From assembly GCA_036488585.1 (NCBI GenBank), contig DASXHH010000004.1:65254-129253 (forward strand): a stretch of DNA of 64,000 nt. Direction: 5' to 3'. The position numbers and the translations under genes are program-made. The notes under the pieces were generated by a model. It did no database searches. It was not told where the DNA came from and worked only from the letters and a program-made list of their open reading frames with translations. Positions 54,222 through 63,586 of the stretch are shown piece by piece; positions within the stretch are counted from its first letter, which is position 1; the number at the start of each line of letters is the position of its first letter. This stretch comes from Candidatus Saccharimonadia bacterium (GTDB lineage: Bacteria > Patescibacteriota > Saccharimonadia > UBA4664).

Positions 54222-54977
54222 TTACCTCTGTTGATCCGTCGGGCGAATCAAGATTTCATTTACGTCAACGTGGTCTGGTTGGGTGACGGCGTAAAGTACC
54301 GCAGCTGCTATATCCTCGGCCTCAAGTTGCCTCACCGATTGCGCCCATTCATTCACCTGTCGCTTAGTTTCTTTATGTGTGATGTGATCACGTAATTCGG
54401 TCGCTACTAAGCCGGGCTCTATTAGTGTGGTTCTTATTTTGTGCTCTACCAGCTCCTTACGCAGCCCCTCGGTAAATCCGTTTACTCCCCATTTTGTCAG
54501 ATTGTAAACGGCACTGTCCAAATTGGCGGTACGGCCAGCCACGGACGAGGTCTGAACAATATGACCGCTCTTTTGCTTCACCATCTGTGGAAGTACAGCG
54601 TGCGTACACCAAATCAACCCGTACAGGTTTGTATCAATCATTCGCCGCCAATCCGTCACATCGGCATCGATTACCGGCCCGAGTAGCATCACTCCAGCAT
54701 TATTGAACAGTACATCGATCTTGCCGTACTTTTCCTGCGCCGTTTGCACCATATTATTAACACTGGCGTAATCGGTGACGTCGGTCGTAATTGCCAGCGC
54801 CCGCCCGCCGTCTTTATCAATATCTTTGCGCACCTGCTCAAGCCTGTCTTCTCGTCGTCCAGCCAGGACTGTAATGGCGCCTTCACGGGCTAACATTCTG
54901 CCTGTTGCTTCACCAATGCCGGATGTTGCACCCGTAATGATCACTACTTTGTCCTTGATACTATGCTGAGGCATCAC
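54222..54977 (-). CDS. SDR family NAD(P)-dependent oxidoreductase
   Basis: VVIITGATSGIGEA (TGxxxGxG), NNAG and the catalytic YxxxK context. Confidence 0.85.
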   Translation of the reverse strand: MMPQHSIKDKVVIITGATSGIGEATGRMLAREGAITVLAGRREDRLEQVRKDIDKDGGRALAITTDVTDYASVNNMVQTAQEKYGKIDVLFNNAGVMLLGPVIDADVTDWRRMIDTNLYGLIWCTHAVLPQMVKQKSGHIVQTSSVAGRTANLDSAVYNLTKWGVNGFTEGLRKELVEHKIRTTLIEPGLVATELRDHITHKETKRQVNEWAQSVRQLEAEDIAAAVLYAVTQPDHVDVNEILIRPTDQQR

Positions 54978-55070
54978 AATCTCCTTTTGGCATTAAGATA
55001 CGGAAACAGCAATCCTCTGAATTTAGGCTAAATGCTGAGAGCTGATCAAACCAACGCCCAAACAAAAGGT

Positions 55071-55110
55071 GCTATGGAGTCCATCGTGCTCGCCGTTGCA
55101 GCCGGAATTA
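55071..55110 (+). repeat. conserved intergenic box, copy 2 (GCTATGGAGTCCATCGTGCTCGCCGTTGCAGCCGG)
   Basis: Near-identical to copy 4 (GCTATGGAAGGGCCATCGTAGCCCCTATTGCAGCCGAG). Confidence 0.6.
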
Positions 55111-55370
55111 TGGACAAGGGGCCTTATATTGTTACGGCTAGATCATTCGAACCTCGTTAGCGGTTTGGTGGCGCGACGAACGACCGCGGCAGATTTGTGC
55201 TGTTGCTGGATCTTCAGCAAGGAGATCATTTCGGTGGCCGGGTAGAAGCCGTCGCTGGTGAACTGAGCAAGCGTATCCATAGCATTCACCGCGACGATCC
55301 AATCAACCTCCTTGGAGGAAAGTAACTGCTTGAGCCAGTTAAGGGCGCGATTTTTCTTATAGCGTAGGAG

Positions 55371-56297
55371 TCAGCGCCAGAATTCGGTGAGCTGGCCGGC
55401 GAGAGCTTTGCCTTGGCTGTAACCGACTTGCGCAGACGGCACCCACATAGATGGATCCATCACATTCATGCCTAACGAGTTGCGGGTGTTCAAGTCGTAT
55501 AGCACCCCACTATCGGGGAAGATGGTTTCGACTCTGCTGCCGCCGGCACGTAGTTCGTCGCTCTGGGTGGCGAGATGCATGCCCCAGTCTAGAGGCATCC
55601 GTGATCTGCCGCCGAATGGTGATAGCACCAGCACCCGCCCGTATCCGGCCGCCAGATCGGCGTTCTCGTTGCGCCGGTAGCCGCCGTCAATGTACCGGTG
55701 ATCGCCGATGATGTAGGGAGGGGCACCCGGCCCGGAAGTGCTGGCGGCGACGGCGTCCACCATGTCGACTCCGCTGTGGCGGTCGAACACGGCCGGTTCA
55801 CCGGTATGGGCATCAACCGCCGTGATCTGCACCGTTTGTTCCGGCCATTGCTGACTGGGCAGCCGGGCGGCGACGGTAGCCCGCCACTGCGTTCGCCTGG
55901 ATGCGTCCGAGACGGCATCCAGCTCGAGCGCCGACGCGCCCAATCTGCGGCGCATGTCAGACACGTCCCGCGCTGCAGCGATGATTGTGCTCATCTTTTC
56001 CAGAGGGCTCACCGCCGACCTATTCGGGCGCTGTACACCGCCAGATCCGGCCGGACTAGTTCGTAACTGGGACGGAGCGGCAAGAACTTCGGCCAGCAGT
56101 TTGGACGGGTTGGTACTAGTGATCTGGACCGCGGTCGTCGCTCCGGCCGAGGTGCCGATGATCAGATCGGCATCCGTCACATCCAGCCCGGCATCAAGCA
56201 AGCCGGCGATGACGCCGATCTCCCACCCATTGCCGGCCGCTCCGCCGCCGCCAAGGACCAACGCTCGCTCACCCCGCAAATTAGTGTCTTTACTCAT
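55371..56297 (-). CDS. patatin-like phospholipase
   Basis: GGGAAGNGWEIGV (oxyanion GGGxxG), GTSAG (GxSxG) and IDGG (DGA/G) motifs. Confidence 0.8.
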   Translation of the reverse strand: MSKDTNLRGERALVLGGGGAAGNGWEIGVIAGLLDAGLDVTDADLIIGTSAGATTAVQITSTNPSKLLAEVLAAPSQLRTSPAGSGGVQRPNRSAVSPLEKMSTIIAAARDVSDMRRRLGASALELDAVSDASRRTQWRATVAARLPSQQWPEQTVQITAVDAHTGEPAVFDRHSGVDMVDAVAASTSGPGAPPYIIGDHRYIDGGYRRNENADLAAGYGRVLVLSPFGGRSRMPLDWGMHLATQSDELRAGGSRVETIFPDSGVLYDLNTRNSLGMNVMDPSMWVPSAQVGYSQGKALAGQLTEFWR

Positions 56298-56396
56298 CGA
56301 TTTATTCGTTATTGTCGTCGAGGTTAATCTTGATAATAGTATCTGGCATCGGCTTCATAACTTAACTATAAAGACTATAAAGCTAAAGTAAAAAAG

Positions 56397-56460
56397 CAAA
56401 AACGACCTTCGGTTTAAGCATAAGTACTATAGAGGGCCATCATGGAGGCTATCGTGTTGG
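56397..56460 (+). repeat. terminator-like hairpin + conserved box, copy 3 (aaaaacgaccttcggtt TAAGCATAAGTACTATAGAGGGCCATCATGGAGGCTATCGTG)
   Basis: A-run/hairpin/T-run followed by the box. Overlaps the stop of the NTF2-like pseudogene. Confidence 0.6.
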
Positions 56461-56845
56461 CACTGAATGATGCTCGTGTTTGATAGTCCACGCTCCATTG
56501 ACCTTCTCCAACCCAATGGTGAGCCTGAAGTCTAATGGAATGAATACGCCGCCTACTTTATCTTCACACCGCATACCTGCGAAGCAGAAGGCCGCCCGAT
56601 CATCGGCGACTACATGTAGTTCTTTAATGTCGAACACGCCCTTTTTGGTGTTGGCAAAGAATATTTCCCAGGTTTTTCGGTACCCCCCCTAGCCCGATTA
56701 ATTGAAAGGGCTCGGGAACGTCGAACATTACCATATCCGGAGAATGATGGGCTAGTATCGTATCCAGATCTCGCGAGCGAACTGCCATTGCCCAATTCTG
56801 TACCAACTCTCGGACCGCCGACGATTCTTTTGACTCAGGGCTCAT
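56449..56845 (-). pseudogene. NTF2-like (SnoaL/DUF4440-type) protein gene interrupted by +1 frameshift in a C7/G7 homopolymer
   Basis: Two adjacent ORFs (56624-56845 and 56449-56637) in frames offset by one. Removing one C from the run at 56683-56689 gives a continuous ...FDVPEPFQLIGLGGYRKTWEIFFANTKKGVFDIKELHVVADDRAAFCFAGMRCEDKVGGVFIPLDFRLTIGLEKVNGAWTIKHEHHSVP. Confidence 0.6.
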
Positions 56846-56919
56846 TTTTAATTCTGCTATTTATGTGCGCTACGCGGCCATCGCTATTGCAACTGAAATC
56901 TCAGTTGGTGCCAAAACAA

Positions 56920-57264
56920 CTACTTATCTTTTACGTCCCAACCGAAATAGACTTCTAAACGGACGATTTTATGTGCATCAAATGTAACTATGTCGGTGTT
57001 ACGCCCCCTTGCACCGTCAGGCTTAGTGTATTCATGGGTAATTATAACTTCATTACCACTTTCTATTACTCGAATATATTCAATGTCCTTAAGGTTGCCT
57101 CCCTGAGGCCAACACCTCTTAAAGAAACCGGCACGATCCAAAAATGGGTCAGGCGGTGCCGAGAATGTGAAGTTAGGAGCCAACAATCTTTCTACAAAGT
57201 CATTTCGGTCTACCTCTGAAAATGCTTTATAGAACTGCTTTACAAGTCCAGGGCGATCACTCAT
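56920..57264 (-). CDS. NTF2-like (SnoaL_2/DUF4440-type) small protein
   Basis: 114 aa. FYKAFSEVDRNDFVERLLAPNFTFSAPPDP...VYFGWDV. Paralogous to 58368-58703. Confidence 0.6.
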   Translation of the reverse strand: MSDRPGLVKQFYKAFSEVDRNDFVERLLAPNFTFSAPPDPFLDRAGFFKRCWPQGGNLKDIEYIRVIESGNEVIITHEYTKPDGARGRNTDIVTFDAHKIVRLEVYFGWDVKDK

Positions 57265-57340
57265 GCAGACATCATATGGCGAGAATAGTTGGGTGTCTAC
57301 GATGGAGGGTATGGCCCCGTGCTGGCTAACTTTGCTAAAT

Positions 57341-57412
57341 AAAAAACGACCTGGCGGTCCTTTTAAGCATAATTGCTATGGAAGGGCCATCGTAGCCCCT
57401 ATTGCAGCCGAG
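57341..57412 (+). repeat. hairpin + conserved box, copy 4
   Basis: aaaaaacgacctggcggtcctttTAAGCATAATTGCTATGGAAGGGCCATCGTAGCCCCTATTGCAGCC. Confidence 0.6.
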
Positions 57413-58244
57413 CTCTCTGTAAGCCAACCCTATGTGTGCGATTTAGGTAAAGTATGATATCGGCTGCGGCGATCAAGATCGGCAAAGCACTTAGCCCGGC
57501 TACTACCTCCATTCCATAAAGAGCGGCACTGACTCCAAAGCCCAACCCGATTAAGCCATACCCGATTGCTGGAATCAGGAGCAAATAAGCCTCGGCGTAA
57601 TACTTTCCGGGTCTGCAATATTCATACAGCCTAAATATTCCCGTCACTACAACTGTGACAATGAACCAGCCCATAAAATTGCCAAGTGGAACACCGAAGT
57701 ATGCGCCATGGTCAAGCCACGTCCATGAACCTTCCCTGATTTTGACCGGATCCATAATTAAGTCGATTGCAACTGTGAGCACGCCATCAAGAGCAATGAG
57801 TGCCAGCAACGCAGTCCATGATGAAGATTTTTCGGATGGCCCCTGAGGGTCCAGCCAGCGCCTAAAGCCATTGGTGATAGAGTATGCCGTGTAAATGAAT
57901 ATTGCCCAGTATATAGGTATGATATATGGGACGCCCCAAAGCTTGGGCTGGCCTCCATTATATGTATAGTGACCGCCAAAGAAGGTTCCGCTTTTTAAGC
58001 CCCAAATCTCAAAAAACAGGCCGGTTAAAGCAGCTAGCATGAAAAAAGAAACGGCTCTTCTGGACCCGAGCTGCCACTTTGAGTGCAAGGCTAATAGGCA
58101 AGCCAGAGCCACTAATACGATCGACGCAGCGTAATCCTTGTTAGAATGCAGGCCGGCTGCTCGAAGAATAACATCTAAGACGCCACTGACTGCGGCAATT
58201 ATCAGCAGAACATACATCCATTTTGCATTTTGGCCAAGCTTCAT
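57399..58244 (-). CDS. DUF422/carotenoid-biosynthesis-associated-type membrane protein
   Basis: GVPLGNFMGWF is the hallmark of the DUF422 (COG2324) family. About 7 TM helices. Confidence 0.65.
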   Translation of the reverse strand: MKLGQNAKWMYVLLIIAAVSGVLDVILRAAGLHSNKDYAASIVLVALACLLALHSKWQLGSRRAVSFFMLAALTGLFFEIWGLKSGTFFGGHYTYNGGQPKLWGVPYIIPIYWAIFIYTAYSITNGFRRWLDPQGPSEKSSSWTALLALIALDGVLTVAIDLIMDPVKIREGSWTWLDHGAYFGVPLGNFMGWFIVTVVVTGIFRLYEYCRPGKYYAEAYLLLIPAIGYGLIGLGFGVSAALYGMEVVAGLSALPILIAAADIILYLNRTHRVGLQRARLQ

Positions 58245-58258
58245 GCCGCTATCATAAC

Positions 58259-58325
58259 AAAAACGACGCTTCGTTAAGCATAAGTGCTTTGGAGGCCATC
58301 TGTAGCAATCGATTACAAGCTAGTC
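58259..58325 (+). repeat. hairpin + conserved box, copy 5
   Basis: aaaaacgacgcttcgtTAAGCATAAGTGCTTTGGAGGCCATCTGTAGCAATCG. Confidence 0.6.
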
Positions 58326-58367
58326 CGCTGCTATTTATAGCTGGGTTATGACTTCCAGCAACTCCTC

Positions 58368-58703
58368 CTACTTAACGTCCCACCCAAAGTAGACCTCGGA
58401 TCTGCAGACTTTGTCACCGTCAAATGTGAGTACTTCGGTATTGCGCCCTGCGGTTCCGTCCAGTTTTGTTGCCTCATATGTTACCACCACCTCGTCACTG
58501 TGCTCAATTAGGCGCACAAAGTTGAAGGTGCTGCGACTGCCAGCGCCTGGCCAGCATCGTTCAAAGAAACCATTCCGATCTAAAAGAGGATCCGGCGGAG
58601 CTGAGAACGTAAAGTCTGGGGCTAACAAATTATCTACGAAGTCACGATCGGCCTTTGCGAAGGCTAGGTAAAAATCTTTTGCTAGCTGGGCGTGGCGACT
58701 CAT
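58368..58703 (-). CDS. NTF2-like (SnoaL_2/DUF4440-type) small protein, paralog
   Basis: Start at MSRHAQLAKDFYLAFAKADRDFVDNLLAPDFTFSAPPDP... About 60% identical to 56920-57264. Confidence 0.6.
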   Translation of the reverse strand: MSRHAQLAKDFYLAFAKADRDFVDNLLAPDFTFSAPPDPLLDRNGFFERCWPGAGSRSTFNFVRLIEHSDEVVVTYEATKLDGTAGRNTEVLTFDGDKVCRSEVYFGWDVK

Positions 58704-58756
58704 AAGCACATTGTACGCCTGTAATCTGATGGGGATGTAAGATTTCACTCGTCTAT

Positions 58757-58806
58757 ACGCTGTTCAGCGTTGCACTGGAGGGGCCATCGTCGAAGCTGCC
58801 AGAACT
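58757..58806 (+). repeat. hairpin + conserved box, copy 6
   Basis: acgctgttcagcgt tgcACTGGAGGGGCCATCGTCGAAGCTGCC. Confidence 0.55.
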
Positions 58807-58849
58807 GCCTTAGTCCACAGCTTAACAGCAGATACTCTCTTGGCGGTTG

Positions 58850-59239
58850 CTATTTTATAAAAGACACCGTGCCCTTGGGATAGACTAGTGCGCCCTTAAG
58901 CTGGGTGATTGGTAGCCATACCACCTTATAACTGTTGGCAGATGTCTGCTTATGCTCTTCCATCCATACTGGCTCAGCGCTTTCGTCTAATGATGCCCTA
59001 ACAATCCAGGTCTCTCGGGCGGTTTGCGAGAGGTCTTTTTCTTTGTTCTCTACCGTAATATCAACCCCTAACTCTTCTTTCATTTCCCGAATAGCAGCCT
59101 GCTCCGGTGTCTCTCCCTCTTCTACCCCACCTCCCGGTAATACATAGTACATGGGCTCAGGAGTCCTGGTGCGCTCAATTAAAAGCAACATGTCGTCTTT
59201 AATGATAAGGACTGCGCTTCTTGCTTTCTGTTGCATCAA
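58850..59239 (-). CDS. NUDIX hydrolase
   Basis: Nudix box GGGVEEGETPEQAAIREMKEELG (GX5EX7REUXEEXGU). Confidence 0.8.
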   Translation of the reverse strand: MMQQKARSAVLIIKDDMLLLIERTRTPEPMYYVLPGGGVEEGETPEQAAIREMKEELGVDITVENKEKDLSQTARETWIVRASLDESAEPVWMEEHKQTSANSYKVVWLPITQLKGALVYPKGTVSFIK

Positions 59240-59751
59240 GAATATCCGTTTAAGACTCAGATTGTATCAAATTGGAAATACTCGAAACCTGGGTTGCAAA
59301 ACGTTTTTCAAATGCAAAGCTTGCCACCTAAGTACTTTGCTTATTAACGGCATCCTTAAACTAAGAGCTACTACGGATAAACAAAAGGGTGGAACATCAA
59401 ACATTACGAAATCCGCAGAGTGGTATCCAAGAATTGTATCTATCTCTCTTACGGACAGCTCTTCGGCCCAATTCTCACTAAGATTCTTTACTATACCAAA
59501 CCGGTGGGACTAAACCGGTGGGCACCGTGGAGACCACGAACATAAATAACAGTTTTGCAAAGCTGTTATTTATCCTGGAGTGTCATCATACTTCCAAAAT
59601 ATTACGCTTATATTGTATAAATGCACAATGCTTTTGCGGCGGGTTCGGTAATATTGTTTCCAAGTTGTATTCAGGCAATGTTGTATTCAGGCAATGATTT
59701 ATTAAACAGTAAACGTAAGGTGAGGACGTCTACTAATCAGGATCCTCCCCC

Positions 59752-60492
59752 ATGAACAATAAAGTTAAAAATTCCGCTAGGAGCAGGTACCCCAACCAGT
59801 TCAGCGAGAGATTATTGGTTGATTTGAAAGCGAAGTCGAACCAGCCGACCCTGGATTTGCGAGGTTATGGTGAAGAGCCGCGCAAATCCGCCCATGTTCT
59901 GGATTTGAGCCGTGATCAAACCAACAGGCTCGCCACTGAATTAAAGGACAATTTTTTTGAAATGATGCCGGCTACTCCTCTAGCGCCCAGGCGGTTTGAC
60001 GTCGACGGTATCAAGCCGGCCCTAGCCGACCGTCTTGGAGACAGGCACTGGCGCAAAGCGGCGCTTCCGATCGTCGCCATTGCCGGGCTGCTAGGTATAA
60101 TTGGTACCGCCCAGCTGATGTTCGCGCCTCACAATTTGAACACTAAACCCGCAGCCACCGAACCGGCCGGCAAGGGATCCAGCACAAGTTCCAGTACAGG
60201 TGTCAATTCGACAGCCCAATCCGGCTCGCAGCCCCCGGTCGTCCAGCAATCTGGGGGTGCTACAGTCGGCGGCTCCAGATCCACGTCCGGTGGCTCGTCA
60301 TCCTCATCCCCGGCTGGCGGGGGGACCTCTACGCATCCAGCAGCAGGCGGCTCGGGCGGCGCTGCAGGTAGCGGTGGCTCCGCGCAGACGCCTTCTGGCG
60401 GTTCGCAAACGATTGACCCGGCAATTACCGTTCCTGGTGCCGGTACCGCACGAGTAGAAGTCCAACCGACGCCAGCTCTGCTGGGTCCGTAA
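59752..60492 (+). CDS. hypothetical single-pass membrane protein with Gly/Ser-rich extracellular tail
   Basis: 246 aa with a charged N-terminus, one TM (AALPIVAIAGLLGIIGTAQLMF) and a G/S/T-rich low-complexity C-terminus. Higher GC than its neighbours. Confidence 0.45.
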   Translation: MNNKVKNSARSRYPNQFSERLLVDLKAKSNQPTLDLRGYGEEPRKSAHVLDLSRDQTNRLATELKDNFFEMMPATPLAPRRFDVDGIKPALADRLGDRHWRKAALPIVAIAGLLGIIGTAQLMFAPHNLNTKPAATEPAGKGSSTSSSTGVNSTAQSGSQPPVVQQSGGATVGGSRSTSGGSSSSSPAGGGTSTHPAAGGSGGAAGSGGSAQTPSGGSQTIDPAITVPGAGTARVEVQPTPALLGP

Positions 60493-60520
60493 TATCGAGC
60501 TAAGCTTTGCGGTAGTGAAT

Positions 60521-60578
60521 AAAAATAACGGCTGTAGAGCCGTTATTTAAGAATAAGTGCTTTGGAGGGCCATCGTAG
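60521..60578 (+). repeat. bidirectional terminator hairpin + conserved box, copy 7
   Basis: aaaaataacggctgtagagccgttaTTTAAGAATAAGTGCTTTGGAGGGCCATCGTAG. Lies between convergent genes. Confidence 0.65.
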
Positions 60579-60675
60579 TAAATAGTACCACTTTGTAGCA
60601 CTGTGCGATTTTGCCGCTGAAGTGTTCATAGAAAACTTGCGTGGGTCGGGAAGGCTATCGTGGGCGCTGTCGTAA

Positions 60676-61224
60676 CTATATTTTCCTCATACGAAGTAGA
60701 ATCAGCCGAATAGTTTTAGGTGTCCGACTCGTAATGTCTTTGCCGAACTGCTTTTCTAGCCATGTCATATAGTCTGGGGTTTTGCCACTAGTTAAATCAA
60801 CGGACCCGTACGTAGCGTTCGCTATACGGCCCAAGAGAGTGTATGGTTTGTTCTTCGGTGTGTGGGGCAATTCCAGTGTAATAGTTTGTGCATGCCTAAA
60901 GAATGTAATTAACAGGTAAGAAGATTTGTTATGATCTTGCTCAAGGCCCTTAAACGGGTCAGAATCAATCAAATGTTGGAGTTCTGACTCGCTTCTTACT
61001 ATGACGCTTCTGCTAAATCCAAGTTTTTGCGGCAAAGCTTTTTCTATACGCCCAGCCAAAGCTTCTTCATCGTTGCTTGGGCTTTCAAATATAATATTTC
61101 CACTAGCGAGTACGACCTGAACGCCAGTAAACCCGAGACCCTCAAAGAAAGACTTAAACTTTTCGCTCGTCATGTTAGGGTCGCCTGGCCCAATCCCTCG
61201 TAACATGGCGGCATACTTCATCAT
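60676..61224 (-). CDS. DUF1697 family protein
   Basis: MKYAAMLRGIGPGDPNMTSEKFKSFFEGLGFTGVQVVLASGNIIFES matches the DUF1697 N-terminal consensus (MxYxALLRGIN-G---). Confidence 0.7.
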   Translation of the reverse strand: MMKYAAMLRGIGPGDPNMTSEKFKSFFEGLGFTGVQVVLASGNIIFESPSNDEEALAGRIEKALPQKLGFSRSVIVRSESELQHLIDSDPFKGLEQDHNKSSYLLITFFRHAQTITLELPHTPKNKPYTLLGRIANATYGSVDLTSGKTPDYMTWLEKQFGKDITSRTPKTIRLILLRMRKI

Positions 61225-61267
61225 GAGACCACTATAGCAAAACACTCCACGTTTCGAGGTTATACCA

Positions 61268-61340
61268 AAAATAACGGCTTTGTGAAGCCTTTATTTTGCG
61301 AATTATGACTGGAGGGTCATCGTAGAGGCTACCGCAACGG
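61268..61340 (+). repeat. hairpin + conserved box, copy 8
   Basis: aaataacggctttgtgaagcctttattttgcgAATTATGACTGGAGGGTCATCGTAGAGGCTACCGCAACGG. Confidence 0.6.
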
Positions 61341-61368
61341 AATTCCAGCGCCGGCCCGCAGGGTTACA

Positions 61369-62343
61369 TCATTTCTCGACGAATGAACAGAGCTCATCCC
61401 AAATTGGGTCGGCGATGTCGATTTCGTCCAAAGAGTTTGCCTTGTCGGTGAGCTGATCGCCGCGCTCGCCCGGCAGCAATACCATCTGGCCGGCGAGCGG
61501 CTTGGCCGAGGCCACTTTCCCGACTAACTCTGTGGCATTTTTAAGGTACGCATCTTTGCCAATAAGTAAGCCGGGGTCGAGTGCCATAACAAACATGCCT
61601 GCACCCTCATCTTTATTGGCGTCCACAAATGACGCGCCGGAGAATGGTCCGCCGAGAAGCTGGACGAGTAACGAGAGGCCAAAGCCCTTATGTCCGGCAA
61701 AAGTCGAGACGGAGCCGTCGAGAGCTTTGGCGGCATCAGTGGTGGGGTTGCCATCGGCATCGAAGCCAACGCCTTCCGGCAGTGGCTCACCCTTGAGCTT
61801 GTACTCCATGACGCCAAAAAAGGCCATGGCAGCGGTGGCGGTGTCGAAGACGACGGATTGCTTGCTGGTTGGAAAAGCATAGGCGAGCGGGTTGGTGCCG
61901 AGCTTGGCTACAGACGAGCCGTGGGGCGCGACGAAAGGGGGTGTTCCGACGCAGATGAGACCGATGTAGCCGGCATCGGCGATCTTGCGGGCGAAGTAGC
62001 CAATGGCGCCGGAGGAGGTGAAGGTGTGGTTTGAGCCGACAATACCGACGCCATGCTCGGCCGCGAGTTCGTTGGCGAGTTTTACGGCCTTGTCGGTGGC
62101 AACCATGGCATGGCCGCCCGAGATGAGTGCGCCGCACTTATTGCGTTTGACCACCCGGTATTCTTCGACTTCGCCGGCTTTGGGCACGCCGCCCGTGGCG
62201 ATTTTGGTGATGCCTTGGTTGTTGCCTCGGAGTTGCGCGTAGAGCAGAGTTTCGGCGATTATTTTGGCCTCCTCCCCCTTATAGCCAAGCTTGGCCACCC
62301 CAGCATTTACTTTGCCCTTGAGTTCCTGAACCTTAACTTTCAT
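61369..62343 (-). CDS. Ldh_2 family (malate/L-lactate/sulfolactate-type) NAD(P)H-dependent dehydrogenase
   Basis: GHKGFGLSLLVQLLGGPFSGA and ...VGSNHTFTSSGAIGYFA... are characteristic of the Ldh_2 (PF02615) family. Confidence 0.75.
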   Translation of the reverse strand: MKVKVQELKGKVNAGVAKLGYKGEEAKIIAETLLYAQLRGNNQGITKIATGGVPKAGEVEEYRVVKRNKCGALISGGHAMVATDKAVKLANELAAEHGVGIVGSNHTFTSSGAIGYFARKIADAGYIGLICVGTPPFVAPHGSSVAKLGTNPLAYAFPTSKQSVVFDTATAAMAFFGVMEYKLKGEPLPEGVGFDADGNPTTDAAKALDGSVSTFAGHKGFGLSLLVQLLGGPFSGASFVDANKDEGAGMFVMALDPGLLIGKDAYLKNATELVGKVASAKPLAGQMVLLPGERGDQLTDKANSLDEIDIADPIWDELCSFVEK

Positions 62344-62391
62344 GCTCGTCCTCGATGCGGTTATGTGGCCCTTACTATAGCAAAAAGCTAC

Positions 62392-62472
62392 ATAACAAAA
62401 TAACGGCTCCGTGGAGCCGTTATTTTGTTAATAATTCCCGTAGGACCACCGTGAAGGCTATCGCATCTGCGG
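62392..62472 (+). repeat. hairpin + conserved box, copy 9
   Basis: aaaataacggctccgtggagccgttattttgttAATAATTCCCGTAGGACCACCGTGAAGGCTATCGCATCTGCGG. Perfect 9-bp stem with A/T flanks. Confidence 0.6.
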
Positions 62473-62493
62473 TTCAGTTTGCCGAAACCTCAC

Positions 62494-63501
62494 CTATTTT
62501 AGAATCCGAATTCTCTTAAAGTTCTTTCCGGTAAGCTTGGGGATCTCCATATCCACAAACTCGAAACTGGTTTCTTCTAGCTGGGCAGGCGAAAGAATTA
62601 GTTGCCGATAACTGTCGACTTTTGGCCTGAGGACGCCTGCACCCACCCAAAATTTCATGACGGAGTCTTTCGTTGTCCCTACCGAAATCATGGTGCCGGA
62701 CGGCAGGGGCTGCGTAAAGACTAGGATCTTTTCGGGACGATTCTTGTGATAACCAGGCTCAGCCTTGGTTGCCATATAAGCGTTGTGAAGGTGATAGACC
62801 TTTTCCTTCCAGAGCGGATCCCGAGTCTGATCAAGTGTGACCTTAGTGTTGAGCTCAACAGAGGCGCGTTGCTCGGCGGTGAGCTGCGGCAAACCGCCCG
62901 GGGTGGCTGCGATGAGCTTCGCTAGACTTCGTGTCAGTGATTGGTCAAACGCCTCAGGTGACTCAAACCGACTGCCAACCGGAGTGATAGTCATTTTGAG
63001 GTTTTTGGGCTGATAGGGTTTGAGAAAATCCATCACTGCTTGGTAGCTCGAGATGTATGTATGAATGTCCTTAAGCGGAATATTATCGATTTTGGGCACA
63101 ATGAGATCATCCACAAAGAAATCAAACCAGACGCCGGGTTCATAGATTTCGCAGATGGCCTTTACCCAGCGGGTGTAATACATTAGGGCAAAGAGCTCGG
63201 CCCAGTCTGCCTCGGGCGATTCCTTGAGCCGCCAAAGTTTGTACGCGCCGTGGAGGAAGGTGAAGTTGATGGGATGGCGCTGCTCGACATTGACACGGAT
63301 AGCTTCGCGAACATGTTCGACCAGGGTGTCATTTGCCGAGTACTTACGAAATTTTTTGGACATGACGGCTCTAAAAATGGCCTCTTGCAGCCCATAATCG
63401 TTCGCGGGCACTGGCTGAGCAGAAGGCTCGGCAAGATCATCTAGTTTGGATAGGATGTAGTCTTGAGGTGTCATAGGTAATTGGAGATGCGGGGTGGACA
63501 T
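62494..63501 (-). CDS. hypothetical protein (~335 aa)
   Basis: ORF from MSTPHLQLPMTPQDY... with no recognisable motif. Lower GC. Confidence 0.45.
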   Translation of the reverse strand: MSTPHLQLPMTPQDYILSKLDDLAEPSAQPVPANDYGLQEAIFRAVMSKKFRKYSANDTLVEHVREAIRVNVEQRHPINFTFLHGAYKLWRLKESPEADWAELFALMYYTRWVKAICEIYEPGVWFDFFVDDLIVPKIDNIPLKDIHTYISSYQAVMDFLKPYQPKNLKMTITPVGSRFESPEAFDQSLTRSLAKLIAATPGGLPQLTAEQRASVELNTKVTLDQTRDPLWKEKVYHLHNAYMATKAEPGYHKNRPEKILVFTQPLPSGTMISVGTTKDSVMKFWVGAGVLRPKVDSYRQLILSPAQLEETSFEFVDMEIPKLTGKNFKRIRILK

Positions 63502-63586
63502 GACTCCACCGTGGTTAGCTTTGCAAGCTAGCACCTATTCTCGGCCACCGCATCGCCACGGATAATTGTCACTGTTGCAACTGCCG

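Noticed and set aside
55155-55370. 72 in-frame sense codons directly after the patatin TGA stop (LLRYKKNRALNWLKQ...TRFE): possible read-through, fusion or alternative genetic code (TGA=Gly)
   Set aside because: TGA is clearly used as a stop elsewhere (e.g. metG, the PadR/ABC overlaps), and the GC content argues against code 25. Long open frames arise by chance at 60% GC, and there is no independent start or RBS. Treated as non-coding or an old remnant.
60521-62472. Interpretation of the hairpin+box repeats as integron attC sites
   Set aside because: The hairpins lack the R''/L''...L'/R' core organisation and the GTTRRRY core. They look like simple A-tract/stem/T-tract terminators. The integron idea is kept only as something to test, not as a call.
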